NCBI GenBank assembly: GCA_964652755.1
Contig: CAZZBP010000001.1
Location: 10,872-74,871, forward strand
DNA from: an uncultured Dehalococcoidia bacterium
GTDB lineage: Bacteria; Chloroflexota; Dehalococcoidia; Lucifugimonadales; UBA826
DNA length: 64,000 bases
Direction of reading: 5' to 3'
Part shown: positions 56,979-64,000 of the stretch, piece after piece
Layout: each line of letters starts with the position of its first letter
How positions within the stretch are numbered: position 1 is the stretch's first letter
Program-made: the position numbers and the translations under genes
Notes under the pieces: generated by a model
Seen by the model: the letters and a program-made list of their open reading frames with translations, nothing else
Database searches by the model: none
What the model was told of the DNA's origin: nothing

Positions 56979-57866
56979 ATGTCATACCAGCTCATTGATG
57001 GCAAGAATTTATCCACGCAAATTCTTAATGAAATAGCTGTAAATGTTGGAGAATTAAAAAAACGATCCGAAATTACACCTGGTCTTTCAGTAGTTCTGGT
57101 TGGTGACGATCCAGCTTCAGATATATATGTTCGGAGCAAAGAACGAGCTGCATTGAAGGCAGGTATGGTTGTGAAGTTAATACGAATGCCGGGGCAGTCT
57201 TCTGAAGATAAGGTCATTGAGATAGTCCGATCTTTAAACAATGATATCAATTATCATGGAATTCTCGTGCAGTTACCCTTGCCTGATCATGTCGATCAGA
57301 ATCGTGTAATAACTAGCATAAATCCCCTTAAAGACGTCGACGGTCTGCATCCGTTCAACGCTGGGCTTTTAGCTGCGGGAGAACCTAGATTCATCCCTGC
57401 AACTCCAGGTGGGATAAGGGAAATACTCTTACGCACAAACAACGATCCTTCCGGCAAACATGTGGTTGTAATCGGTAGAAGCAACATTGTTGGGAGACCT
57501 GTTTCAAACCTTCTCTCTCTTAAAGGGAGAGGAGGGGATGCAACCGTTACAATTTGCCACAGCCGCACTAGAGATTTGACGGATATATGCCGTTCAGCCG
57601 ACGTTATCATAGCAGCGATAGGCATACCTAATTTCGTAAAAGGAGATATGGTGTCCGAGGGAGTTGTTGCAATTGATGTCGGGATCAATAGAGTGAATGC
57701 TCCTGAAAAAAAGAAAGGCTATATGCTGGTTGGGGATATAGAGTTTGAGTCCGTCTCTAGAAAGGCCGCCGCGATTACACCGGTTCCGGGTGGTGTCGGC
57801 CCAATGACTATAGCTATGTTGCTCTCAAATACCTTGTACGCAGTCGACATAGCTCGCCAAGGGTAA
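56979..57866 (+). CDS. folD: bifunctional methylenetetrahydrofolate dehydrogenase / methenyl-THF cyclohydrolase
   Basis: The motifs GDDPAS..YVRSK, HGILVQLPLP, VVVIGRSNIVGRP and TPVPGGVGPMT are present. Confidence 0.94.
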   Translation: MSYQLIDGKNLSTQILNEIAVNVGELKKRSEITPGLSVVLVGDDPASDIYVRSKERAALKAGMVVKLIRMPGQSSEDKVIEIVRSLNNDINYHGILVQLPLPDHVDQNRVITSINPLKDVDGLHPFNAGLLAAGEPRFIPATPGGIREILLRTNNDPSGKHVVVIGRSNIVGRPVSNLLSLKGRGGDATVTICHSRTRDLTDICRSADVIIAAIGIPNFVKGDMVSEGVVAIDVGINRVNAPEKKKGYMLVGDIEFESVSRKAAAITPVPGGVGPMTIAMLLSNTLYAVDIARQG

Positions 57867-57986
57867 ACAACAATCGGGAAAATAAGTCATGATGATTAAG
57901 TATATTCCCAACACAGGAGCTCGCTGAGCTATAATTCGTAGTGTTTTCTGAACTAGGTAACTTTCAATTTATTCAGACTTAGAGCC

Positions 57987-59120
57987 ATGACCACACAAAA
58001 AAGAGACTATTACGAAGTACTTGGTGTGCCCAAGAATGTAGACGAGAATGATCTGAAGAAGGCTTTTAGGCGCCTTGCTTTTAAGTATCATCCCGATCGT
58101 AATAAAGACAGCGCTGCTGAAGAAAAATTTAAAGAGATTAACGAAGCGTACCAGGTCCTTTCTGATCAGGAGAAACGTGCGCGCTATGACCAGTTCGGAC
58201 ATGCTGGTGTTAATGGCACATCGGGATCAGGATTTGGTGGATTTGGAGATGCGAGCGGATTCGGCGATATTTTTGACTCCTTCTTTGGAGGCAGTGGATT
58301 TGGGAGATCGGGTAACCGTAGAAATGCAGCCGCGAAAGGATCTGATCTCCAATACACTATGGATATAGTATTCGAGGAGGCTGTATTCGGAACCGAGAAA
58401 GAATTTGATATTAATCGTGTTGAATCCTGCGGTAAATGCAGAGGTTCGAGAAGCGAGCCGGGCACTGATGTTGAAACTTGTCCAAACTGCAATGGAACAG
58501 GTCAGGTGAAACGGGCTCAACAAAGTGTTTTCGGGCAATTTGTTCAAGTTGCAGACTGTAATTCCTGTAGAGGTCAGGGAAAAACCATTAAGAATCCTTG
58601 CACCAATTGTCGTGGACAGGGCAGAGAGCGAAAAGATAGAAAGATGGCTGTCACCATTCCGCCGGGGATAGAAGAAGATACTCAGATCCGATTAACGGGT
58701 GAGGGTGAACACGGCATAAATGGTGGTCCTCCTGGTGACTTGTATGTGGCGTTCCGTATAGAAGACCATGCATATTTTGTTCGGGATGGTATAAATATCA
58801 GATGTCGTTTGCCGATCAACATAACTCAGGCGGCGCTGGGAGCTACTCTTTCTGTTCCAACTTTGGGTGGAAACGAGGATATAGATATACCTGCAGGCAC
58901 CCAAAGTGGACAGATATTCAGGCTCAGAGGAAAGGGAGTCGCACAATTGAGAGGCAGCAGGCGTGGTGACCAGCTTGTAACAATAGACGTTAGGATACCT
59001 GGCAAACTCTCGTCAGAGCAGAAAGACCTTTTAGAGCAACTAAGTCAGGTTCTGCCGGATGTGGAACAAGAAGAAGGGGAAGGCATTTTCAGTAAATTCA
59101 AAAATGCTTTCGGCGCGTAG
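57987..59120 (+). CDS. dnaJ: molecular chaperone DnaJ
   Basis: It has a J-domain (YHPDRN), a G/F region and four CxxCxG(x)G repeats ([32 protein letters not shown]). Confidence 0.94.
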   Translation: MTTQKRDYYEVLGVPKNVDENDLKKAFRRLAFKYHPDRNKDSAAEEKFKEINEAYQVLSDQEKRARYDQFGHAGVNGTSGSGFGGFGDASGFGDIFDSFFGGSGFGRSGNRRNAAAKGSDLQYTMDIVFEEAVFGTEKEFDINRVESCGKCRGSRSEPGTDVETCPNCNGTGQVKRAQQSVFGQFVQVADCNSCRGQGKTIKNPCTNCRGQGRERKDRKMAVTIPPGIEEDTQIRLTGEGEHGINGGPPGDLYVAFRIEDHAYFVRDGINIRCRLPINITQAALGATLSVPTLGGNEDIDIPAGTQSGQIFRLRGKGVAQLRGSRRGDQLVTIDVRIPGKLSSEQKDLLEQLSQVLPDVEQEEGEGIFSKFKNAFGA

Positions 59121-59134
59121 AGATTTCTTTCAAA

Positions 59135-60037
59135 ATGAAATGGCTGGAACTTAGTGTGGAGGCTCCCCCGGAATTCGTGGAACCCCTTTCCCATATCTTC
59201 TATCGGTATGGTCATGGTGGAGTTTCCGTTGAATCTCCAGCTGGATTTAACCCTGATGAAGGAGAGTTTCCGCCTGTTTCTCCAACCCTTACGATTCGTA
59301 CATATATTCCGATGGATGGGGCTGCTCGCGAGCGCAAAGGGAATATAGAGGTGGGCGTCAAACTGGTGAGTCATTTGCACCCGTTAAAGCCCCTTGTTGA
59401 ACGAGAGATAGAAGAGGAAGATTGGGAGGCCAGCTGGAAGGAATTCTTTCATCCTTTGAGAATCGGTAAAAGAATAGTTGTTTGCCCTACCTGGCGTAAA
59501 TTTAGTTCTGGAATCGATGATGTACTGGTAAAATTAGATCCTGGAATGGCATTTGGAACCGGGCATCATCCCACTACTAGAATGTGTCTAGAATTGATCG
59601 AAAGTATAGTTGAGGGTGGAGAAAGTGTGATAGATGTTGGTTGCGGTTCGGGATTACTTACAATCACCGCCATTAAAATGGGAGCCAGGCATGCACTGGC
59701 TCTTGAAATTGATCCTAAAGCTGCAAAGATTGCCACTGAGAACTGTGAGGTAAATGGTGTTTCGAAAGAAATCACCATCCATACAGGCACTTTACCCTAT
59801 TCAGATACGATTATAGGTCAATTTGATATTGCTCTTGCGAACATATCGTCGAAGGTCATAACCGACTTATCCAATCCGTTGACTCGAGCTGTTCGTAGCG
59901 GTGGAAAACTCATTATGTCTGGAATACTTAAAGATGGTTTGCAAGATGTGCAGAACGCTTTGTTCCTTAACAATGTCACGTTCAATCAAGTACTCACCGA
60001 TGGAGACTGGACCGCTGTGTTGGCGACAAAGTCCTGA
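59135..60037 (+). CDS. prmA: ribosomal protein L11 methyltransferase
   Basis: The sequence MKWLELSV is present, along with DPGMAFGTGHHPTT and the SAM motif DVGCGSGLL. It follows dnaJ, as in many genomes. Confidence 0.9.
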   Translation: MKWLELSVEAPPEFVEPLSHIFYRYGHGGVSVESPAGFNPDEGEFPPVSPTLTIRTYIPMDGAARERKGNIEVGVKLVSHLHPLKPLVEREIEEEDWEASWKEFFHPLRIGKRIVVCPTWRKFSSGIDDVLVKLDPGMAFGTGHHPTTRMCLELIESIVEGGESVIDVGCGSGLLTITAIKMGARHALALEIDPKAAKIATENCEVNGVSKEITIHTGTLPYSDTIIGQFDIALANISSKVITDLSNPLTRAVRSGGKLIMSGILKDGLQDVQNALFLNNVTFNQVLTDGDWTAVLATKS

Positions 60038-60067
60038 TGAAGACGTTCAGGGAAAGGGTTTGATTAC

Positions 60068-60814
60068 TTGCACCGATTCTTCGTTTCTTCAGAATCCTTG
60101 ACTAGAGATAAGGTCCATCTTCCCCCTAATGTTTCTGAACAGTTGTCAAGAGTACTCAGGGCTAAAAATGGAGATGAAGTGATTCTCCTTGATAATAGTG
60201 GTCTCGAAAGATTTGTCCGACTAGACTCTGTTGAAAAGCATTCATGTGTTGGAACCGTTGTAAAAACTGCTGAGGGACAAGGTGAGCCTACAGTCTCAGT
60301 TTCCCTTTATCAGGCGTTGATCAAATCTGACAGATTTGAGTACGCACTGCAAAAGGGTGTAGAAGTCGGAGTATCTCGCTTTATTCCATTTATATCCGAG
60401 CGCACTGAAGTTGAGTCACCAAGTAACTCAAGATTGACTCGATGGCGCCGTATTATCAGGGAGGCGGCGGAGCAATCGGGTAGAAGTATCCTTCCCGAGT
60501 TAGAGATTTCCGGTTCCCTCAATTTTTTTTTGAAATCAGTTTCTAGTGCAGCGATCATTCCCTGGGAGCAGAAAAATGTTACCGGAATACGTCAAGTTTT
60601 GTCTGAGCTTTATAAAAATGAAGAGCCTCGATGTAGTGAAGTGTCAGTTTTTATCGGGCCTGTAGGAGGGTTTACACACGACGAAATCCATCTGGCCGAG
60701 CAATCGGGAGTGATTCCAGTTTCCCTTGGGTCTAGGATTCTCAGAGCAGAAACAGCGGGGGTTGCAGCTGCATTGGCTATATTTTATGAGGCCGGGGAAA
60801 TGGGTCTACCTTAA
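60068..60814 (+). CDS. rsmE: 16S rRNA (uracil1498-N3)-methyltransferase
   Basis: The sequence RFFV......V.L....H...VLR is present, along with AAEQSGR..LPE and the SPOUT C-terminus LG.RILRAETA. It uses a TTG start. Confidence 0.88.
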   Translation: MHRFFVSSESLTRDKVHLPPNVSEQLSRVLRAKNGDEVILLDNSGLERFVRLDSVEKHSCVGTVVKTAEGQGEPTVSVSLYQALIKSDRFEYALQKGVEVGVSRFIPFISERTEVESPSNSRLTRWRRIIREAAEQSGRSILPELEISGSLNFFLKSVSSAAIIPWEQKNVTGIRQVLSELYKNEEPRCSEVSVFIGPVGGFTHDEIHLAEQSGVIPVSLGSRILRAETAGVAAALAIFYEAGEMGLP

Positions 60815-60945
60815 TTCCGTGATTGTTCCCAGTTTCCCAACAGGCATCTCTTGGATGCCCCCAAGACATGGAATACAAACTAATTTGATTTCTCTGACAG
60901 AGTTCGCAGTGTTATTACAAGTTGCGAATTTGAAAAGGATTGTAT

Positions 60946-61827
60946 CTATGCATACCATTCCTTCATCTCTTGCTCTAAGCCGTACAAATTAGGGTAAGAG
61001 TGTTCGACTTCTTCAATAGAATGTGAAACCTCACTCGCGGTTGGGATCAGTTCTTCTACCGCCATATTAAATGTATAAACCGATCGCCTACGTGTTGAAA
61101 GGGTTATGTTTAAACGGGCGACTTCATACCTGCGATGTTTGAGCACTTGTAAGTAAACAGACTCGTAGATTTTTGGGTCGTAGTTCTCATCACTACCCTT
61201 AGGAGGGGTTGGAATATTAAGAGCCGTTGCTGCCCGTATGAGTTCTCTCCAGAGCGTTTTCAATACTTCTGGGGCAGCATCATTGAGTTCTCGGATATCA
61301 CGCGGATTCCTGATACTTGTTTGCCGCGCCGTTTCCATGATATTTCTTATTTTTCGAGACGGGATAGGCAATACGAAACGTGTCGATTCTTCGAGGAGAA
61401 TACTCTCAGCGGCATCATCCCGTGGCAAAACCAATTCGAGAAGACGATTGCCAATAAGGGGAGCCTCTCCAATCAGTAAGCTTTTTTCTCCAAGATGCTC
61501 TTGATGCCATTGTGCTACGGCCTGCCTTACCCAGAGTCCCGCGGCCCTTCGGATAACGCTATGAGTAATCCCATCTACGTCTGGGAAAAGAGATGCGATT
61601 CGATCCGTCATGAAGGCATTGCGAAGAATATCCCATTGGAGAAGATAGATATGATGGCCTGAGAAATGAGCTAGATGCGCTAGCTGGTTAATCAGCAGGC
61701 TTTTACCGACTCCTGGAAGGCCTGTGAGGAATACAATCCGCTGATTATCTACCAGACGGTTAAGCATCATATACACCTGAGAAGCGGGGGGAATTATGAT
61801 ATTGGGTACAGAGGATCGGTTCATCAT
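60946..61827 (-). CDS. uncharacterised P-loop NTPase
   Basis: It has Walker A FLTGLPGVGKS and a possible Walker-B-like SLLIGE. I did not recognise the remaining about 200 aa as any family. Confidence 0.6.
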   Translation of the reverse strand: MMNRSSVPNIIIPPASQVYMMLNRLVDNQRIVFLTGLPGVGKSLLINQLAHLAHFSGHHIYLLQWDILRNAFMTDRIASLFPDVDGITHSVIRRAAGLWVRQAVAQWHQEHLGEKSLLIGEAPLIGNRLLELVLPRDDAAESILLEESTRFVLPIPSRKIRNIMETARQTSIRNPRDIRELNDAAPEVLKTLWRELIRAATALNIPTPPKGSDENYDPKIYESVYLQVLKHRRYEVARLNITLSTRRRSVYTFNMAVEELIPTASEVSHSIEEVEHSYPNLYGLEQEMKEWYA

Positions 61828-62173
61828 TGACGCCTATCTTTATGGCAAATGGGAATCTCACAATACCACGATCGCTGCTCGATTGCCTTGGTACAACCCT
61901 TTTAACTAGGTCTCAACCTGATGCTGATATCGTTCGATTGAAGCATCAGGAAATCAGACGATGCCGACTTTGTTACAGTAATTGATTTCACTAATCTGAA
62001 AGATAACACTGGGCATTGCGTAGGGGCAGCTTGGATATTCTTCCTGGATTTGCTAAATGTGATTAGGTCAGTAATTCGGTTAGTAGAGTCAATGTCGCCA
62101 CATAACTCTGGGTAATTCTACGATCAAAGAGGTGGGAGAAATGACCGGAATGGTAGATTTTTTAGCCCCAAGA

Positions 62174-63175
62174 TTATTTCTCTGACGTGGGTGCGCGATC
62201 CATAAGGGCTGCAACTGCAGTCTTTGGGCTCATACCGTCAAATAATACTTTATGAACGGACTGTGCGAGAGGCATATGAATTCCCGACCTTTCAGCCATC
62301 GATATAACTGCCCTGGTCGTTCCGATTCCTTCCGCTATGTTATCCATAGATTTTTCAATATCAGCCAGAGTTTTTCCCTCAGCTAGCATTCTGCCTACCC
62401 TGTTGTTTCTGCTCAAACTGCTCGAACATGTGGCTATAAGATCTCCCATACCCGCAAGTCCTGAAAAAGTCACTTTATCTGCCCCGAGGGATGATCCTAA
62501 CCGTGATATTTCAGCCAGACCGCGTGTTATTAGTGAGGCCTTCGCATTATCTCCGTATCCCAGCCCATCTGAAATACCAACTGCAATTGCAGTTACATTT
62601 TTTAGGGCTCCTGCTATCTCAACTCCGATTAGATCGGAATTAGTGTAAACACGGAGACGACCGGAGTTGAGAGCTATCTGCGATTTCTTGCAAGATTGGT
62701 CACTTACAGATGCAACTACAGTTGAGGAAGGTTTTCCTTGCACAATCTCACCTGCGAGGTTCGGACCAGACAGGGCACAAATGCGGGTCGCTCCGACCCC
62801 GGCTAATTCCTCTGACAACACTTGGGTCATTCGCTTTCCTGTACCCGTCTCAAGTCCTTTGACAGCGCTTATAACCACGGATCGAGAATTTATACTACGA
62901 GCGACTTGCCGAGCGTTATCGCGTAGTGTAGAAGAGGGTACCGCAAAAATTACAACATCAGCGTCGGAAAGAGCTCGATCGGGAGACTCAGTGACAGAAA
63001 CCCCCTCCGGGAAACTTATACCGGGAACAAATCGACGATTCTCGCCGTCTTCAATAAGTAGATGAGCCTCCTTGCTCGATCTCGCTAGTAGAGTTGATCT
63101 TCGCCCTTCGCGTGCACTGATTATTGCTAGGGTGGTCCCCCAAGTAGTTGTGCCGATGATTCCAAGTTTAATCAT
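62174..63175 (-). CDS. gpsA: NAD(P)H-dependent glycerol-3-phosphate dehydrogenase
   Basis: The motifs IGTTTWGTTLA, GPN.A.E, KNV.AIA.GI.DGLG.G.N and GE.R..G are present. Confidence 0.92.
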   Translation of the reverse strand: MIKLGIIGTTTWGTTLAIISAREGRRSTLLARSSKEAHLLIEDGENRRFVPGISFPEGVSVTESPDRALSDADVVIFAVPSSTLRDNARQVARSINSRSVVISAVKGLETGTGKRMTQVLSEELAGVGATRICALSGPNLAGEIVQGKPSSTVVASVSDQSCKKSQIALNSGRLRVYTNSDLIGVEIAGALKNVTAIAVGISDGLGYGDNAKASLITRGLAEISRLGSSLGADKVTFSGLAGMGDLIATCSSSLSRNNRVGRMLAEGKTLADIEKSMDNIAEGIGTTRAVISMAERSGIHMPLAQSVHKVLFDGMSPKTAVAALMDRAPTSEK

Positions 63176-63828
63176 GACGTCTCTTGATTGTGGGAATGGC
63201 TTTCAGTTTTATCGCCCAACTTACTTTCTTCACCTCTGATTAACCTTCCTATATTGTCCCGATGTAGAACGATAGTCACAACTGCTCCCACTGTACCGAA
63301 GATCGCGTAGATTGTTGGACAATAGCCTAGGAATGCCAGGACAGCTATGGCGCCTCCACCCACGCCAGAACCGACTATGGACCCAAGAGAGACATATCTG
63401 GTGACAGCTATGATAGGTCCGGCGGAAATAGTAGCCGCCAGTCCAGCCCAAGGTGAAAGAACAATGAGAGCAGCCCACCCTGATGCTACTCCCTTGCCGC
63501 CTTTAAAACTTGTAAATATGGGATACACATGACCCAAGATTGTCGCTATACCCATGAAAGGGTGGCTCCACTCCGGTGCACCTATAATGTAGATTGCCAA
63601 AGAAAGTGGCATCGCCGCTTTTCCCATATCCAACACCAGAACTAGTAACCCCCACAGAGTGCCACACGTCCTGGCAACGTTGGTAGCTCCTGTACTGCCG
63701 CTTCCATATTCCCTTATGTCTATGCCTTTAATTAGCTTACCGGTGAGCAGTCCGAAAGGGATAGAGCCGACAGCGTAACTGCCAATTACGAAAGTGGTCG
63801 AGACTAGCGTTTCATTCAACCCTTCCAC
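63172..63828 (-). CDS. plsY: glycerol-3-phosphate acyltransferase PlsY
   Basis: The sequence GSIPFGLL....GIDIREYGSGSTGATNV is present, along with KGGKGVA. It uses a GTG start and overlaps gpsA by 4 nt. Confidence 0.92.
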   Translation of the reverse strand: MEGLNETLVSTTFVIGSYAVGSIPFGLLTGKLIKGIDIREYGSGSTGATNVARTCGTLWGLLVLVLDMGKAAMPLSLAIYIIGAPEWSHPFMGIATILGHVYPIFTSFKGGKGVASGWAALIVLSPWAGLAATISAGPIIAVTRYVSLGSIVGSGVGGGAIAVLAFLGYCPTIYAIFGTVGAVVTIVLHRDNIGRLIRGEESKLGDKTESHSHNQETS

Positions 63829-64000
63829 CCTTTAAACCTCATTCGAAGTGGGCTGCCCTCGAACGTGTACTCATCTCTCAACCTATTTTCAAGATAACGC
63901 CTGTAAGAGAAGTGAATCATGTCTGAATGATTTACGAAAAACGTGAAACTTGGAGGCATCGTACTGTCTTGCATAGCGCTATAAATCTTTAGTTCCCTTC
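63816..64000 (-). CDS. der: GTPase Der (EngA), C-terminal fragment (5' part outside the window)
   Basis: My own translation gives ...KIYSAMQDSTMPPSFTFFVNHSDMIHFSYRRYLENRLRDEYTFEGSPLRMRFKGWKG*, the conserved Der KH-like C-terminus. It overlaps the plsY start by 13 nt. Confidence 0.85.
   Translation of the reverse strand, partial: RELKIYSAMQDSTMPPSFTFFVNHSDMIHFSYRRYLENRLRDEYTFEGSPLRMRFKGWKG

Noticed and set aside
57867-57986. Looked for a CIRCE/HrcA operator (TTAGCACTC-N9-GAGTGCTAA) upstream of dnaJ, and for dnaK/grpE neighbours
   Set aside because: No CIRCE-like inverted repeat is present; there is only a TATAAT-like hexamer and a 5-bp AGCTC/GAGCT repeat. dnaJ-prmA-rsmE without dnaK is a known arrangement, so this is not unusual.
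61917-61950. Hairpin CCTGATGCT-N16-AGCATCAGG between gpsA and the P-loop gene
   Set aside because: It could be a terminator for gpsA on the minus strand, but no U-tract follows and the loop is large. I noted it only within the P-loop finding.
62141-62185. 15-codon plus-strand mini-ORF (MTGMVDFLAPRLFL) preceded by GAGGTGGGAG, overlapping the 3' end of gpsA
   Set aside because: It is too short to evaluate, and the Shine-Dalgarno-like sequence may be fortuitous. It is antisense to the gpsA terminus and nothing supports conservation.
1-64000. Scan for tRNA, rRNA, CRISPR repeats, IS elements, integrases, toxin-antitoxin or defence genes
   Set aside because: I could not identify any cloverleaf-like GTTCRANYC T-loop contexts in intergenic regions. 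I also found no regularly spaced repeats and no transposase- or integrase-like ORFs by eye. A computational scan (tRNAscan, Infernal, ISfinder) would be needed for certainty.

Overview
This is a gene-dense, compact bacterial chromosomal window of about 75 genes. I saw no rRNA, tRNA, CRISPR array, transposase or integrase by eye. All calls rest on reading the supplied translations and the DNA directly; no database search was possible.

Layout:
- 1-14.6 kb: the distal S10 operon plus the spc and alpha ribosomal operons (rpsC through rplQ, including secY-adk-map-infA-rpmJ), then truA-rplM-rpsI. A membrane-protein gene broken by an in-frame TAG sits between rpsK and rpsD.
- 14.7-23.4 kb: housekeeping and accessory genes. 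These are a DtxR-family regulator, nnr, menG/ubiE, htrA, yihY, queA, a SelA-like PLP enzyme and an Ldh2-family dehydrogenase. A decayed SDR pseudogene follows at 23.5-24.1 kb.
- 24.2-31.7 kb: a complete Pho module (phoB/phoR-like two-component pair, pstSCAB-phoU). Three 11-bp-phased direct repeats lie upstream of pstS.
- 31.7-37.8 kb, minus strand: an operon of atypical OmpR-type regulator, class IV aminotransferase, 2-oxoacid dehydrogenase E1alpha/E1beta/E2 and lipB.
- 38-46.8 kb: ftsH, a class V aminotransferase, tyrS, ribF and an MFS / enolase-superfamily / SDR cluster.
- 47.1-55.4 kb: an alternative complex III (ACIII)-type respiratory locus with non-canonical organisation. ActB is split, two NrfD-like genes are adjacent, a small 2-TM ORF lies upstream, and no oxidase is linked.
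- 55.4-64 kb: an LLM-family oxidoreductase, acpS, folD, dnaJ-prmA-rsmE, an orphan P-loop NTPase and gpsA-plsY-der (der is partial at the window edge).

Gene content and synteny suggest a marine Chloroflexota-like (for example SAR202-like) organism. That is inference only.

The most noteworthy items are the variant ACIII locus, the in-frame stop in the gene inside the alpha operon, the pseudo-receiver OmpR-type regulator, the candidate Pho boxes, and the uncharacterised P-loop protein.
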